Part shown: in pieces, positions 19,066 to 28,535 of the stretch
Layout of the letters: each line of letters starts with the position of its first letter
Position numbering within the stretch: position 1 is the stretch's first letter
Origin: a bacterium
Lineage (GTDB): Bacteria > UBP6 > JAFGXH01
DNA length: 64,000 bases
Assembly (NCBI GenBank): GCA_016936735.1
Contig: JAFGXH010000321.1
Span: forward strand, 7,221 to 71,220
Direction of reading: 5' to 3'
Made by a program: the position numbers and the translations under genes
Notes under the pieces: generated by a model
What the model saw: the letters and a program-made list of their open reading frames with translations, nothing else
Told to the model about the DNA's origin: nothing
The model's database searches: none

Positions 19066-20574
19066 ATGGCTGTTCTCCAAATAAAGAAAAAATTAACAAC
19101 TCTCAATATGATTACAATTGATACTGAGCCACTCTCTATTGGAAGAGGAAAAGAGAATCGCTTAATTATTCCAGAGGAGTATTTTTCAAGAGAACATCTC
19201 CATATATATCAAGAGGGAAATATTTTTATTTTGGAGATTCTTTCTAAAAGGGGTGCTATTTTAAATCAAAAGGCAATTAACTCTGGTGGATATAAAATAA
19301 AACATGGAGATATTATTGAGGTTGGAGAGTATGAGTTTTTATTTTTAGATAAAAATGAGTTTGGTCATCAAGATACAATTGATTTTAAAACAAATAGCAA
19401 TAGTAGATTACAAAAAGAGCCATTTTATTTTCTTCAAATTATTGAAAATAGACAATCATCTTTTAAACTTTTTAAGAAAGAGCTAAAACAGTATATTGGA
19501 GATCATTTAGTTGAGTTTAACTCAAATAAAATCAAAGTATCTCACTATGAATCTGAAATAAAAAAATATCCATTCTCTTTTGAAGTGGATGATATAAAAT
19601 ATCTTATTTTTGATTCTAGTTATGCCTCATCATTTTTCAAAAAACATAATTTTTATGGATTTTGGTCTATCTCTGAAGAGATAATATCTCAATATATGCA
19701 TATATGGATATCCTCTCATTCAGATTTCTCTATTTTTATTCATGGAGAGACTGGAGCAGGAAAAGATGTAATGGCAAGAGCAATACATAAAATCTCTGGA
19801 AGAAAGGGGAATTTTATACCACTAAACTGTGCATCCATTCCCGAAAACTTATGGGAAAGTGAACTTTTTGGTCATATAAAAGGCTCCTATACAGGAGCTG
19901 AACAGAATCGTAATGGAGCATTTCAAGAGGCAGATGGTGGAACTATTTTTCTTGATGAGATTGCAGATATGCCTCTTGAACAACAGGCAAAACTATTAAG
20001 AGTATTAGAGACATCAAAAGTAAAAAAACTGGGCTCTGATAAAGAGGAGAGAGTTAATGTAAGGGTAATTGCCGCAACACATAAAAATATATTTGACCTT
20101 GTTCAACAGGGAAGATTTAGAGAGGATCTATTTCACAGAATATATGTATTTCCAATAAAAATTCCACCACTAAGAGATAGAAAAGAGGATATCACACTAT
20201 ATACAAATATGTTTTTATCACAAATGAATGAAAAAATGGGAGCAAAAAAGGGATTATCTCAAACAGCTATTGACTCATTAAAAGAGTATTTATGGCCTGG
20301 AAATGTGAGAGAGCTTAAAAATACAATTGAGAGAGCATATTTAATATCAGCAGATGATATAATCCAATCAGAAGCGATTCAATTTTTTGGTTGGAAAAAA
20401 TATATTCCAACCAAATTAGATGATATTATAAATCAGACAATTTTAAATACTCTAATAAAGAATAGTTTTAATAGGAAAGAGACATATGAAGAGCTTGGAA
20501 TCTCAAGAACTAAACTTTATAGATGGATGGATGAACAAAAAGATAATCTTTTAAAAGGGTTTAAATACGATTAG
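19066..20574 (+). CDS. Sigma-54-dependent transcriptional activator (bacterial enhancer-binding protein) with an N-terminal FHA domain
   Basis: LSIGRGKENRLIIPEEYFSREHLHI...GDIIEVGEYEF is FHA-like. HGETGAGKDVMARAIH is Walker A. ESELFGHIKGSYTGA is the GAFTGA-type sigma-54 interaction motif. The C-terminus has an HTH. Confidence 0.85.
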   Translation: MAVLQIKKKLTTLNMITIDTEPLSIGRGKENRLIIPEEYFSREHLHIYQEGNIFILEILSKRGAILNQKAINSGGYKIKHGDIIEVGEYEFLFLDKNEFGHQDTIDFKTNSNSRLQKEPFYFLQIIENRQSSFKLFKKELKQYIGDHLVEFNSNKIKVSHYESEIKKYPFSFEVDDIKYLIFDSSYASSFFKKHNFYGFWSISEEIISQYMHIWISSHSDFSIFIHGETGAGKDVMARAIHKISGRKGNFIPLNCASIPENLWESELFGHIKGSYTGAEQNRNGAFQEADGGTIFLDEIADMPLEQQAKLLRVLETSKVKKLGSDKEERVNVRVIAATHKNIFDLVQQGRFREDLFHRIYVFPIKIPPLRDRKEDITLYTNMFLSQMNEKMGAKKGLSQTAIDSLKEYLWPGNVRELKNTIERAYLISADDIIQSEAIQFFGWKKYIPTKLDDIINQTILNTLIKNSFNRKETYEELGISRTKLYRWMDEQKDNLLKGFKYD

Positions 20575-20588
20575 ATGAAGAGGTTTAA

Positions 20589-21197
20589 ATGATTGATGTA
20601 ATTCGAGGAAGAAAAGAGGTCGATGATATAGATAATAAAATAAAAGAGCTTATTCATGATTATGATATGTTTTTTCAAGGTATTGAGAGAGTTGAACCAG
20701 TAAAGAAAAGGGATGAAATAAAAAGATTACTTCAAAAAATGTATGGAATGAAACTTAATAATGCGATTGTAAAACAGAAATTTGCGAATTTAATCTCTCG
20801 CTTTAACACATATCAACATCAATGGGATAATATTCTTCTTCAAATTGAGAGAGGAACCTATCGAAGAGAACTTGCTAAAATAAAAATAAAAGAGAAACTT
20901 AAAGATTCAGTTGAGAATCAAAATGATTCAGAGGAGAGTGAACAAAATCCAAATTCATCTAAAACACCACAACAAAATAGTAACTCTCAAGATAAAAATT
21001 ATGAACAGCTTTACAAACAGTATCAAACAGCTCAAAAACTTTTAGGAACCGATTCAAATGTTGATTTTGAAAAAATGAGAGATCGTTTAAAACAGCAAGA
21101 GGAGCTTATAAAAGAGAAGTATAAATGTAAAGGTGTTGAGTTTAAAATTGTTGTTAAAGAGGGTAAAGCCACTATTAGACCAATAATTATTGAGTAA
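20589..21197 (+). CDS. Hypothetical coiled-coil protein
   Basis: It is an ORF 15 nt downstream of the activator gene and is probably co-transcribed. It is charged and helical with no known motifs. Confidence 0.35.
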   Translation: MIDVIRGRKEVDDIDNKIKELIHDYDMFFQGIERVEPVKKRDEIKRLLQKMYGMKLNNAIVKQKFANLISRFNTYQHQWDNILLQIERGTYRRELAKIKIKEKLKDSVENQNDSEESEQNPNSSKTPQQNSNSQDKNYEQLYKQYQTAQKLLGTDSNVDFEKMRDRLKQQEELIKEKYKCKGVEFKIVVKEGKATIRPIIIE

Positions 21198-21214
21198 AAA
21201 TAGATTAAAATTTT

Positions 21215-22405
21215 TTATTCAGATGCTTTAAAGTTATATATTGGTTTAATATGATTTAAAAGTTTTACACTATCTTTTGTATACTCAATAATCTCCTCAA
21301 TAGGTTTATATGCCATTGGTGCCTCATCAATAGTATCACTATTTATAGATGTTGTATATATCCCCTCCATACTATTTTTAAACTCATTAAGTGTTATTGT
21401 TGCTTTTGCTTTTGTTCTACTCATTAATCTTCCTGCACCATGAGGTGCAGAGTAGTTCCAATCAGAGTTTCCCAAACCTTCACAAATTAATGAACCATCT
21501 CTCATATTTATAGGAATTAAAACAATCTCCCCTTTTTTAGCAGAGATAGCCCCTTTTCTTAAAATATTTGTATCCATCTCAATATAGTTATGAATTGTTG
21601 TAAATGATTCAGCAATATTCAAACCTAAAGAGTCAATCATTGTATCAACAATAGCTTTTCGATTCCAAAGGGCAAACTGTTGAACAATATTCATATCATG
21701 AAGATATTTTTCCAAATCCTCACCCTTTAAATATGCCAAATTATTTGGAACAGATTCGATTGATATACTATTTAAAGTCTCCTGTATCTCTGACTCTCTT
21801 CCCTCATTTTTTAACTGTTTAATTATCTCTTTTTTTCTCTCTATATTTGAGGAGAGTTTTTTAATTGCCAATTTTTGATAGTACTCTGCAACCTGTTTTC
21901 CAAGATTTCTACTTCCAGAATGAACAACAAGATATATATTCTCATTATCATCAATATTTAATTCAATAAAGTGATTTCCTCCACCCAAAGTACCAATACT
22001 ATATTCAGCTCTCTCTTTATTAATATGGTTAATACAATATAGAGACTCTAAATCTACATTTTTTATATATTTATGAATAGAGTCTCTTGTTTGAAAGCCA
22101 GATGGAACATATTTTCTTATAGATTTATCAACTAGTTCTAAATCTATTTTTCTCTCTTTCAGAATAATAGTCTCCATACCACAGCCAATATCAACACCAA
22201 CAAGATTTGGAACAACTTTATCGGAAATTGTCATAGTTGTACCAATAGTACAACCTGCACCAGCATGAACATCTGGCATTATTCGTATTTTAGAGTTTTT
22301 AGAAAACTCCTGATTACAAAGAGTTTTTATCTGTTGAATAGCCTCATCCTCAATGTTTTTTGTAAAAACAGTTGCATTATTATATTTTCCAATAATCTCT
22401 ATCAT
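21215..22405 (-). CDS. rtcB: RNA ligase RtcB family
   Basis: It has MPDVHAGAGCTIG, VGVDIGCGM, a HSGSRNLG-like block and C-terminal PHGAGR. These are the RtcB metal and GTP-binding motifs. Confidence 0.85.
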   Translation of the reverse strand: MIEIIGKYNNATVFTKNIEDEAIQQIKTLCNQEFSKNSKIRIMPDVHAGAGCTIGTTMTISDKVVPNLVGVDIGCGMETIILKERKIDLELVDKSIRKYVPSGFQTRDSIHKYIKNVDLESLYCINHINKERAEYSIGTLGGGNHFIELNIDDNENIYLVVHSGSRNLGKQVAEYYQKLAIKKLSSNIERKKEIIKQLKNEGRESEIQETLNSISIESVPNNLAYLKGEDLEKYLHDMNIVQQFALWNRKAIVDTMIDSLGLNIAESFTTIHNYIEMDTNILRKGAISAKKGEIVLIPINMRDGSLICEGLGNSDWNYSAPHGAGRLMSRTKAKATITLNEFKNSMEGIYTTSINSDTIDEAPMAYKPIEEIIEYTKDSVKLLNHIKPIYNFKASE

Positions 22406-22661
22406 ATTTTACCCAAAAGATTTAATAAACAACAACATTAACTCTATTTTATTCTATATATCTCTTTTTATCCACAGAAATATTATTGATATAGTGATTT
22501 TGTTTTATCTTTTGTTTAGCATATATTTATTTATAGTGGTTTATAAATCTGTATTATCTTTTATTTTGGGGTAGATTTTTCTTAAAATCGATTTATCTTG
22601 AATTCATTTCTGTTAGTGGTTTGTTATAATTTTATAAAAATATATAAAAAACTATTAGTAT

Positions 22662-23013
22662 CCGAAAAATTTCTAGTACCTTCCGAAAAATTTCTGTCAC
22701 CTTCCGAAAAATTTCTAGCACCTTCCGAAAAATTTCTAGTACCTTCCGAAAAATTTCTAGTACCTTCCGAAAAATTTCTGTTACCTTCCGAAAAATTTTT
22801 AGTACCTTCCGAAAAATTTCTAGTACCTTCCGAAAAATTTCTAGCACCTTCCGAAAAATTTCTAATACCTTCCGAAAAATTTCTAGTACCTTCCGAAAAA
22901 TTTCTAGTACCTTCTGAAAAATTTCTAGTACCTTCTGAAAAATTTCTAGTACCTTCCGAAAAATTTCTGTTACCTTCCGAAAAATTTCTAGTACCTTCCG
23001 AAAAAATTTTTTT
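22662..23013. repeat. Tandem direct repeat array: 16 complete copies plus one partial copy of a 21-bp unit (consensus CCGAAAAATTTCTAGTACCTT)
   Basis: I counted head-to-tail units directly in the sequence. The variation is almost all in the three bases AGT of CTAGTACC (GTC, AGC, GTT, AAT) plus two CCG>CTG changes. The array lies in the 780-bp rtcB/ispH divergent intergenic region. Both strands give repeat-peptide ORFs (PSEKFLV and EIFRKVL). Confidence 0.9.
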
Positions 23014-23186
23014 AAGAAAAAAATAAAAACTTTTAGGTATGAATTCAAGATTTTTAGTTTACTTGAAAAATATCCAAAAAACAAACAGAGAATTAAAGAG
23101 TGTAAAGCAATTTTTAATTATAATTAAAAAACTATCGACATTTATTAATTTATTTTATATTATATCTTTTTAGTTTTGGGAGATTT

Positions 23187-24050
23187 ATGAATTACAAAAT
23201 AGAGATTGCAAGACATGCTGGATTCTGTTTTGGTGTTAAAAGAGCCTATGATATGGTTTTAAATGCACTAAAAACAGATGATTCTTTATATATGCTTGGA
23301 GATTTAATTCATAATAAACAGGTTGTTAATGAGTTAAAAGATAAAGGGGCTAAAGTTATTGAAAATTTAGACGGAATAGAGAATGGAACTCTTGTTATCA
23401 GAGCTCATGGAATTTCTATTGAGGAGTTAAATATAGCCCAGAAAAAAGGGTTTAATATTGTTGATGCAACATGCCCATATGTAAAAATTCCACAAAAGGC
23501 TGCTCAGAAACTCTCTGATGAAGACTATTTTATAATACTTGTTGGAGATAAAGGGCATCCAGAGGTTGACTCAATTGTTAGCTATTTAAAAAAAGATAAC
23601 TTTATTATCACAAAAAAAACATCAGATTTAACCTATGAGTTTTTCAAAAAAAATCCTAAAATAGGTGTTATCGCTCAAACAACACTTCCTCTTCAAACTC
23701 TTCAAGATATAATAACTTACTCACTAAATTATGCAAAAGAGATTAATATTATCAACTCAATTTGTGATGCAACATTTATAAGACAGGAGGAGACTTTAGA
23801 GTTGGCTCGAAATGCAGATTGTATGATTATACTAGGTGGAAAACACTCCGCTAATACAACCAGATTAAAAGAGTTAGCCTCTGTTTATTGCTCAAACACG
23901 CATCATATTGAGTCTGAACAGGAGTTAAAAAACTCTTGGTTTGAGAATGTAAACCACATTGGAATATCAGCGGGAGCATCAACTCCTGATGCTCAAATTG
24001 AGATTGTTAGGCAATATATTATATCTATTTTAGAGGAGAATAGTCTTTAA
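23187..24050 (+). CDS. ispH: 4-hydroxy-3-methylbut-2-enyl diphosphate reductase IspH/LytB
   Basis: MNYKIEIARHAGFCFGVKRA has the first Cys ligand. Further conserved Cys sit in DATCPYV and NSICDAT. It is 287 aa. Confidence 0.9.
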   Translation: MNYKIEIARHAGFCFGVKRAYDMVLNALKTDDSLYMLGDLIHNKQVVNELKDKGAKVIENLDGIENGTLVIRAHGISIEELNIAQKKGFNIVDATCPYVKIPQKAAQKLSDEDYFIILVGDKGHPEVDSIVSYLKKDNFIITKKTSDLTYEFFKKNPKIGVIAQTTLPLQTLQDIITYSLNYAKEINIINSICDATFIRQEETLELARNADCMIILGGKHSANTTRLKELASVYCSNTHHIESEQELKNSWFENVNHIGISAGASTPDAQIEIVRQYIISILEENSL

Positions 24051-24107
24051 TTTGAATTTTTTCCTATTTTTTTCGTCAAAGAGATGTTTATATTTGTGGA
24101 GATTGTT

Positions 24108-24731
24108 ATGAAAAAAATTATTATGCTTTTCTTATTATTATCTTTGTCTGTTTTTGCTGGAAGATGGGATGAGGAGGAGGTTGAGACTTTTAGTGGTGGA
24201 ATTAAAGTTGGTTTTGGTGGTTCAACATTAAATGGTAATTATTTAGATTTAGATGGAGTAACAAAAAAATTTGCAGTTAGTTTTCAGTTTGGTGCATTTT
24301 TTATAACTCCAATAAATGATACATTATCTTTTCAAAGTGAACTTCTATTAGACTATAAAGGAGCTGATTATGATATAGAAGGGATTAATAGTGACCTTGA
24401 GGTAAATCTATCATATCTTACAGTTCCACTATTAATAGCATTTAAAGCTAATGAGAATTTAAAAATTTATGCTGGTGGTTATATATCTTTATTACTTAAT
24501 GCAGAGAGTGTTTTTGATTCAAAAACAAGTAATGCAGAAAAATATTTTAATGACTTTGATTATGGAGTATCAATTGGTGCAATGTTTAAAAGTGATAAAC
24601 TGATTTTTGATTTTAGATATAATCATGGTGTTGCAAATATTAACAATAATGATAATAATGAAGAGGATGGTAGTTCTGATATTGATTCTAAAAATCAACA
24701 ATTTATTTTATCTCTTGGATATCTTTTTTAA
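24108..24731 (+). CDS. Small outer-membrane beta-barrel protein (OmpA-like or OmpW-like barrel)
   Basis: It has a signal peptide (MKKIIMLFLLLSLSVFA), an alternating amphipathic pattern and C-terminal LSLGYLF. GGAG lies 6 nt upstream of the ATG at 24108. The ORF track starts earlier at 24084. Confidence 0.5.
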   Translation: MKKIIMLFLLLSLSVFAGRWDEEEVETFSGGIKVGFGGSTLNGNYLDLDGVTKKFAVSFQFGAFFITPINDTLSFQSELLLDYKGADYDIEGINSDLEVNLSYLTVPLLIAFKANENLKIYAGGYISLLLNAESVFDSKTSNAEKYFNDFDYGVSIGAMFKSDKLIFDFRYNHGVANINNNDNNEEDGSSDIDSKNQQFILSLGYLF

Positions 24732-24939
24732 ATAATTCTAAAAATATCATTTTTAAAAATCAATTACAATATTATGTTTTTCAATTTTGTTTGTTTAAAT
24801 AGAAAAATGCTTTATATCTTTTTTACAATTTAATATATTACCCTCCTTTTTTACAAAAAATAGTGTTATAATAGAAAGTCTCATATTTTTTTAAATATGA
24901 TAAATAAAAAATTAAATATTATAAAATAAGGAGAAAAAT

Positions 24940-26631
24940 TTGTTTTTACCTGAAACAATAAAAGAGATTAAAAATCTTGGTTGGGATAGAGTTGATGTTA
25001 TATTTGTAACTGGAGATGCCTATATTGATTCTCCATATAATGGAGTTGCAATATTGGGAAAACTACTTTTAAAAAATGGTTTTCGAGTTGCAATTATTCC
25101 TCAACCAGATATTAACTCATCTGAAGATATAATGAGATTTGGAGAACCAACACTTTTCTGGGGTGTAACAGCAGGTATGGTTGACTCAATGGTTGCAAAC
25201 TATACAGCATCTTTCAAAAAAAGAAATAAAGATGATTTAACTCCAGGTGGAGTTAATAATCGTCGACCAGATAGAGCAACTATTGTTTATACAAATCTTA
25301 TAAGAAGATATTTTAAAAATACAGTCCCCATTGTTTTGGGGGGTGTTGAGGCAAGTTTAAGAAGAGTTGCACATTATGATGCTTGGAAAAATGAGATAAA
25401 AAAATCGATTCTTTTTGATGCTAAAGGTGACTACCTTGTTTATGGAATGGGTGAAAAAACAGTTCTTGAGATAGCAAACTCTCTTAAAAACAGAGACTCT
25501 TTAAAATCAATAAGAGGATTATGCTATATATCAAAAGAGATTCCAGAAAACTATATTGAGTTACCAACATTTAATGAGGTATTAAAAGATAAAAAAAGTT
25601 TTTTTAACATGTTTTCAACTTTCTATGAAAATAGTGATCCAATTATTGCAAAAGGGTTAGTTCAAAAACATGATGAAACAAGATATTTAGTTCAAAATCC
25701 TCCTCAATATTATGAAAAGCAGAGTGAGCTAGACTTATATTATGACTCTCTTGATTATGAGTATGATTTACATCCTAATGAGAGAGCTATTGGTTCTGTA
25801 AAAGCATTAGATACAATAAAATCATCAATAACAACACATCGTGGATGTTTTGGAGAGTGTAACTTTTGCTCAATAGCAATTCATCAGGGAAGAGTTATAA
25901 GAAGTCGCTCTGAATCATCTATTCTTAAAGAGATTGATATATTAACTAAACAGAAAAACTTTAAAGGCTTTATATTTGATGTTGGTGGTGCAACAGCAAA
26001 TATGTATGAGATGAGCTGTGCTAAAGCAGAAAAACATGGTGTATGCAAAGATAAACGATGTATTTTTCCAAAAATATGTCCATCTTTAAAGTTAAATCAT
26101 GAAAAACAGATATCTTTACTGAAAAAACTTAGAGATAATAAAAAAATTAAAAAACTATTTATCTCCTCTGGAATAAGATATGATTTAATTGTGAATGATA
26201 AAATAAATGGAGAGAGATATCTAAAAGATATTTTAACTCATCACATATCAGGACAGATGAAAATTGCTCCAGAGCATACAGGAAAAAATGTTTTAGAGTG
26301 TATGGGAAAACCAGATAAAAAAACACTTTTTGATTTTTTATCAATGTTTCATAAAACAAATCAAAAATTGGAGAAGAAACTATTTTTAAGCTACTATTTT
26401 ATGACATCTCACCCTAATTCAACAGTTAATGATCAAAAAGAGTTAAAAAATGATTTAAGAAATATTTTAAAATATCGACCAGAACAGGTTCAAATATTTA
26501 CACCAACACCATCAACTTGGTCAACTCTTTTTTATTACACAGAGTATGATTATAAAAAAAATACTCCAATTTTTGTTGAAAAAAATAGAGATAAAAAAGA
26601 GAAAGAAAAAAGCGAAACTATCTCCCTTTGA
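24940..26631 (+). CDS. ygiQ: YgiQ-family radical SAM protein (UPF0313)
   Basis: The N-terminus is WDRVDVIFVTGDAYIDSPYNGVAILGKLL, the YgiQ N-domain. The radical-SAM cysteine cluster is CFGECNFCS. It has a TTG start. Confidence 0.8.
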   Translation: MFLPETIKEIKNLGWDRVDVIFVTGDAYIDSPYNGVAILGKLLLKNGFRVAIIPQPDINSSEDIMRFGEPTLFWGVTAGMVDSMVANYTASFKKRNKDDLTPGGVNNRRPDRATIVYTNLIRRYFKNTVPIVLGGVEASLRRVAHYDAWKNEIKKSILFDAKGDYLVYGMGEKTVLEIANSLKNRDSLKSIRGLCYISKEIPENYIELPTFNEVLKDKKSFFNMFSTFYENSDPIIAKGLVQKHDETRYLVQNPPQYYEKQSELDLYYDSLDYEYDLHPNERAIGSVKALDTIKSSITTHRGCFGECNFCSIAIHQGRVIRSRSESSILKEIDILTKQKNFKGFIFDVGGATANMYEMSCAKAEKHGVCKDKRCIFPKICPSLKLNHEKQISLLKKLRDNKKIKKLFISSGIRYDLIVNDKINGERYLKDILTHHISGQMKIAPEHTGKNVLECMGKPDKKTLFDFLSMFHKTNQKLEKKLFLSYYFMTSHPNSTVNDQKELKNDLRNILKYRPEQVQIFTPTPSTWSTLFYYTEYDYKKNTPIFVEKNRDKKEKEKSETISL

Positions 26632-27955
26632 AAAAAAACATAACACCCACTGTTTTTATAAAAATAATTATATCTAACATTAAATTATTATGTTTTATAT
26701 AGTATAAATCATACTGTAATTTTTCAAAAGCATCATCAATTGAGGCACCATATTGAAACTCAACTTGAGCCCAACCTGTAATTCCTGGTTTAACAAGATG
26801 TCTTATTTTATAGTATGGAATTTTTTTCTCATACTCATTAACAAGTTTTATCCATTCAGCTCTTGGACCAATAATTGACATCTCCCCTTTTAAAACATTT
26901 ATAAATTGAGGAATCTCATCAACTCTTGTTTTTCTTATAAAATTCCCTATTCTAGTTATTCTAGAGTCACCTTTTGCTGTATATAAAGCACCCTTTTCTG
27001 AACCAACTTTCATTGAACGAAATTTAATTATTTTAAAAATATCTCCATTTAGTCCAACTCGCTCCTGCAAAAAAAATATAGGACCTCTATCCTCTAATTT
27101 TATTAAAAGCATTGTTATCAAAATAATAGGGGAAGTAAGTATTAATCCAATTATAGAGCCAATTATATCTATTATTCGTTTAATATTTTGAAAAAATTTA
27201 CTATAGATGGAGTAGAAATCTGAATTAATAAACCAGTTATTATTTATAAATTTTATAGGAACTTTACCTGTTAAAGATTCATAAATATCTGCCATATATA
27301 CAACTTTATACCCTTTTAACTTCATATTAACAACATATTGTAATAGTAGATCATCCTGCTCTAACTCTTGAGCCAATATTATTAAATTAACATCATTTTT
27401 TTTAAGAGTCTCCTCTATATTATCAATATCTCGATATATATATTTAGGATCTAAATCCTCATAATGAGATTTTTCATAATCAATATAACCCTTTAACTTA
27501 TAAAGAAGGTTATATTTTTCAATACAGTCACCTATAATTTTAGCAGCCTTTCCTGAGCCAATAATCATAACATTCTCAATAGATTTAGTTGTAAATCTAT
27601 AAAGAATAACTCTAAAAACATAGACAAAAAATAGTATTATGAATGATAAATAGACAAGAGCTCTAGGATTAAATCTCCATAATGGAAGATAGTAGGATAT
27701 TGCACTTGAAAATAGACCAGCTGTTCCAATTGAGAATACCAATCGTATCAGAAACTCTAGTGAGAATGGATTTCTTTCATTTATAGATAGCAAAGATAGA
27801 AGATATATACTAAATGTAAAAACTGTTGCACCTGTATATATATCAAATAGATTCTCTATCCAACCATAAGCAAAATAGTGTCCTAAATAAAATGATGATA
27901 TAATAATAATTGTGTAGAATAGAAGAAGTATTGGGTCTTTTTTTATTTTTACCAC
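26618..27955 (-). CDS. Polyprenyl-phosphate hexose-1-phosphate transferase (WbaP/exopolysaccharide sugar transferase family)
   Basis: It has N-terminal TM helices. The C-terminal bacterial sugar-transferase domain has PIFFLQERVGLNGDIFKIIKFRSM...DEIPQFINVLKGEMSIIGPR. Confidence 0.85.
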   Translation of the reverse strand: MVKIKKDPILLLFYTIIIISSFYLGHYFAYGWIENLFDIYTGATVFTFSIYLLSLLSINERNPFSLEFLIRLVFSIGTAGLFSSAISYYLPLWRFNPRALVYLSFIILFFVYVFRVILYRFTTKSIENVMIIGSGKAAKIIGDCIEKYNLLYKLKGYIDYEKSHYEDLDPKYIYRDIDNIEETLKKNDVNLIILAQELEQDDLLLQYVVNMKLKGYKVVYMADIYESLTGKVPIKFINNNWFINSDFYSIYSKFFQNIKRIIDIIGSIIGLILTSPIILITMLLIKLEDRGPIFFLQERVGLNGDIFKIIKFRSMKVGSEKGALYTAKGDSRITRIGNFIRKTRVDEIPQFINVLKGEMSIIGPRAEWIKLVNEYEKKIPYYKIRHLVKPGITGWAQVEFQYGASIDDAFEKLQYDLYYIKHNNLMLDIIIFIKTVGVMFFFKGR

Positions 27956-27960
27956 AATTT

Positions 27961-28407
27961 TTAATCCTCATCAGAAATTAATTTTGTTATAGTCTGTTCT
28001 GCCCTTGCTATAATAACTTTCTCAAAACGCTCTTTTAAAGAGTGATATATATGTATTAGTTTTTCAAGAGCATCTTTATGAAAAAAGATAACTTTAGTCT
28101 CCTCAAAAGCTGTTACAGTTGCAGTTCTTTTTGCCCCTGTTAATGCAGCAACCTCTCCAATAATTGCTCCAGTCTCTAATCTTGCAAGCTCTGTTGGAAT
28201 ACCATCTTTAAGAGTACTTACAGAAACTGAGCCAGAAACAACCATACAGAAACGATCTCCACTATCACCCTCTTTAAGAATTACATCTCCTATTTTATAA
28301 CTTCTAATCACAGCATTCTCAAAAAGGATTTTAAAACCATTTGCATCAAGTTCTCGAAACATAAAGTTACTAAGAACAATTTTTATATACTCCTTTTGGT
28401 CAGACAT
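27961..28407 (-). CDS. Cyclic-nucleotide-binding-domain protein (stand-alone cNMP-binding, no HTH)
   Basis: GDVILKEGDSGDRFCMVVSGSVSV...GEVAALTGAKRTATV has the cNMP-binding beta-roll and the phosphate-binding cassette GE..AL......RTA. I chose the ATG at 28407 because AAGGAG sits 6 nt upstream. Confidence 0.65.
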   Translation of the reverse strand: MSDQKEYIKIVLSNFMFRELDANGFKILFENAVIRSYKIGDVILKEGDSGDRFCMVVSGSVSVSTLKDGIPTELARLETGAIIGEVAALTGAKRTATVTAFEETKVIFFHKDALEKLIHIYHSLKERFEKVIIARAEQTITKLISDED

Positions 28408-28535
28408 CTTCTGCTCCTTAATAAACACAATCAATATTATAAAAAAATATAAAAAGAGTCAATCATATTTTAACAAAATAGGATTTTAAATCAATCTCTT
28501 TTGTATTTATCTAAAATAAAAAAATATAGTGAAGA

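Noticed and set aside
22598-23084. Whether the 21-bp repeat array is a CRISPR array, and whether the two overlapping repeat ORFs (142 aa on +, 150 aa on −) are real genes
   Set aside because: The units are contiguous with no intervening unique spacers, so it is not CRISPR. No cas genes are nearby. The ORFs exist on both strands simply because a 21-bp (7-codon) perfect repeat lacks stops. I report the array as a repeat and leave coding status open rather than calling CDSs.
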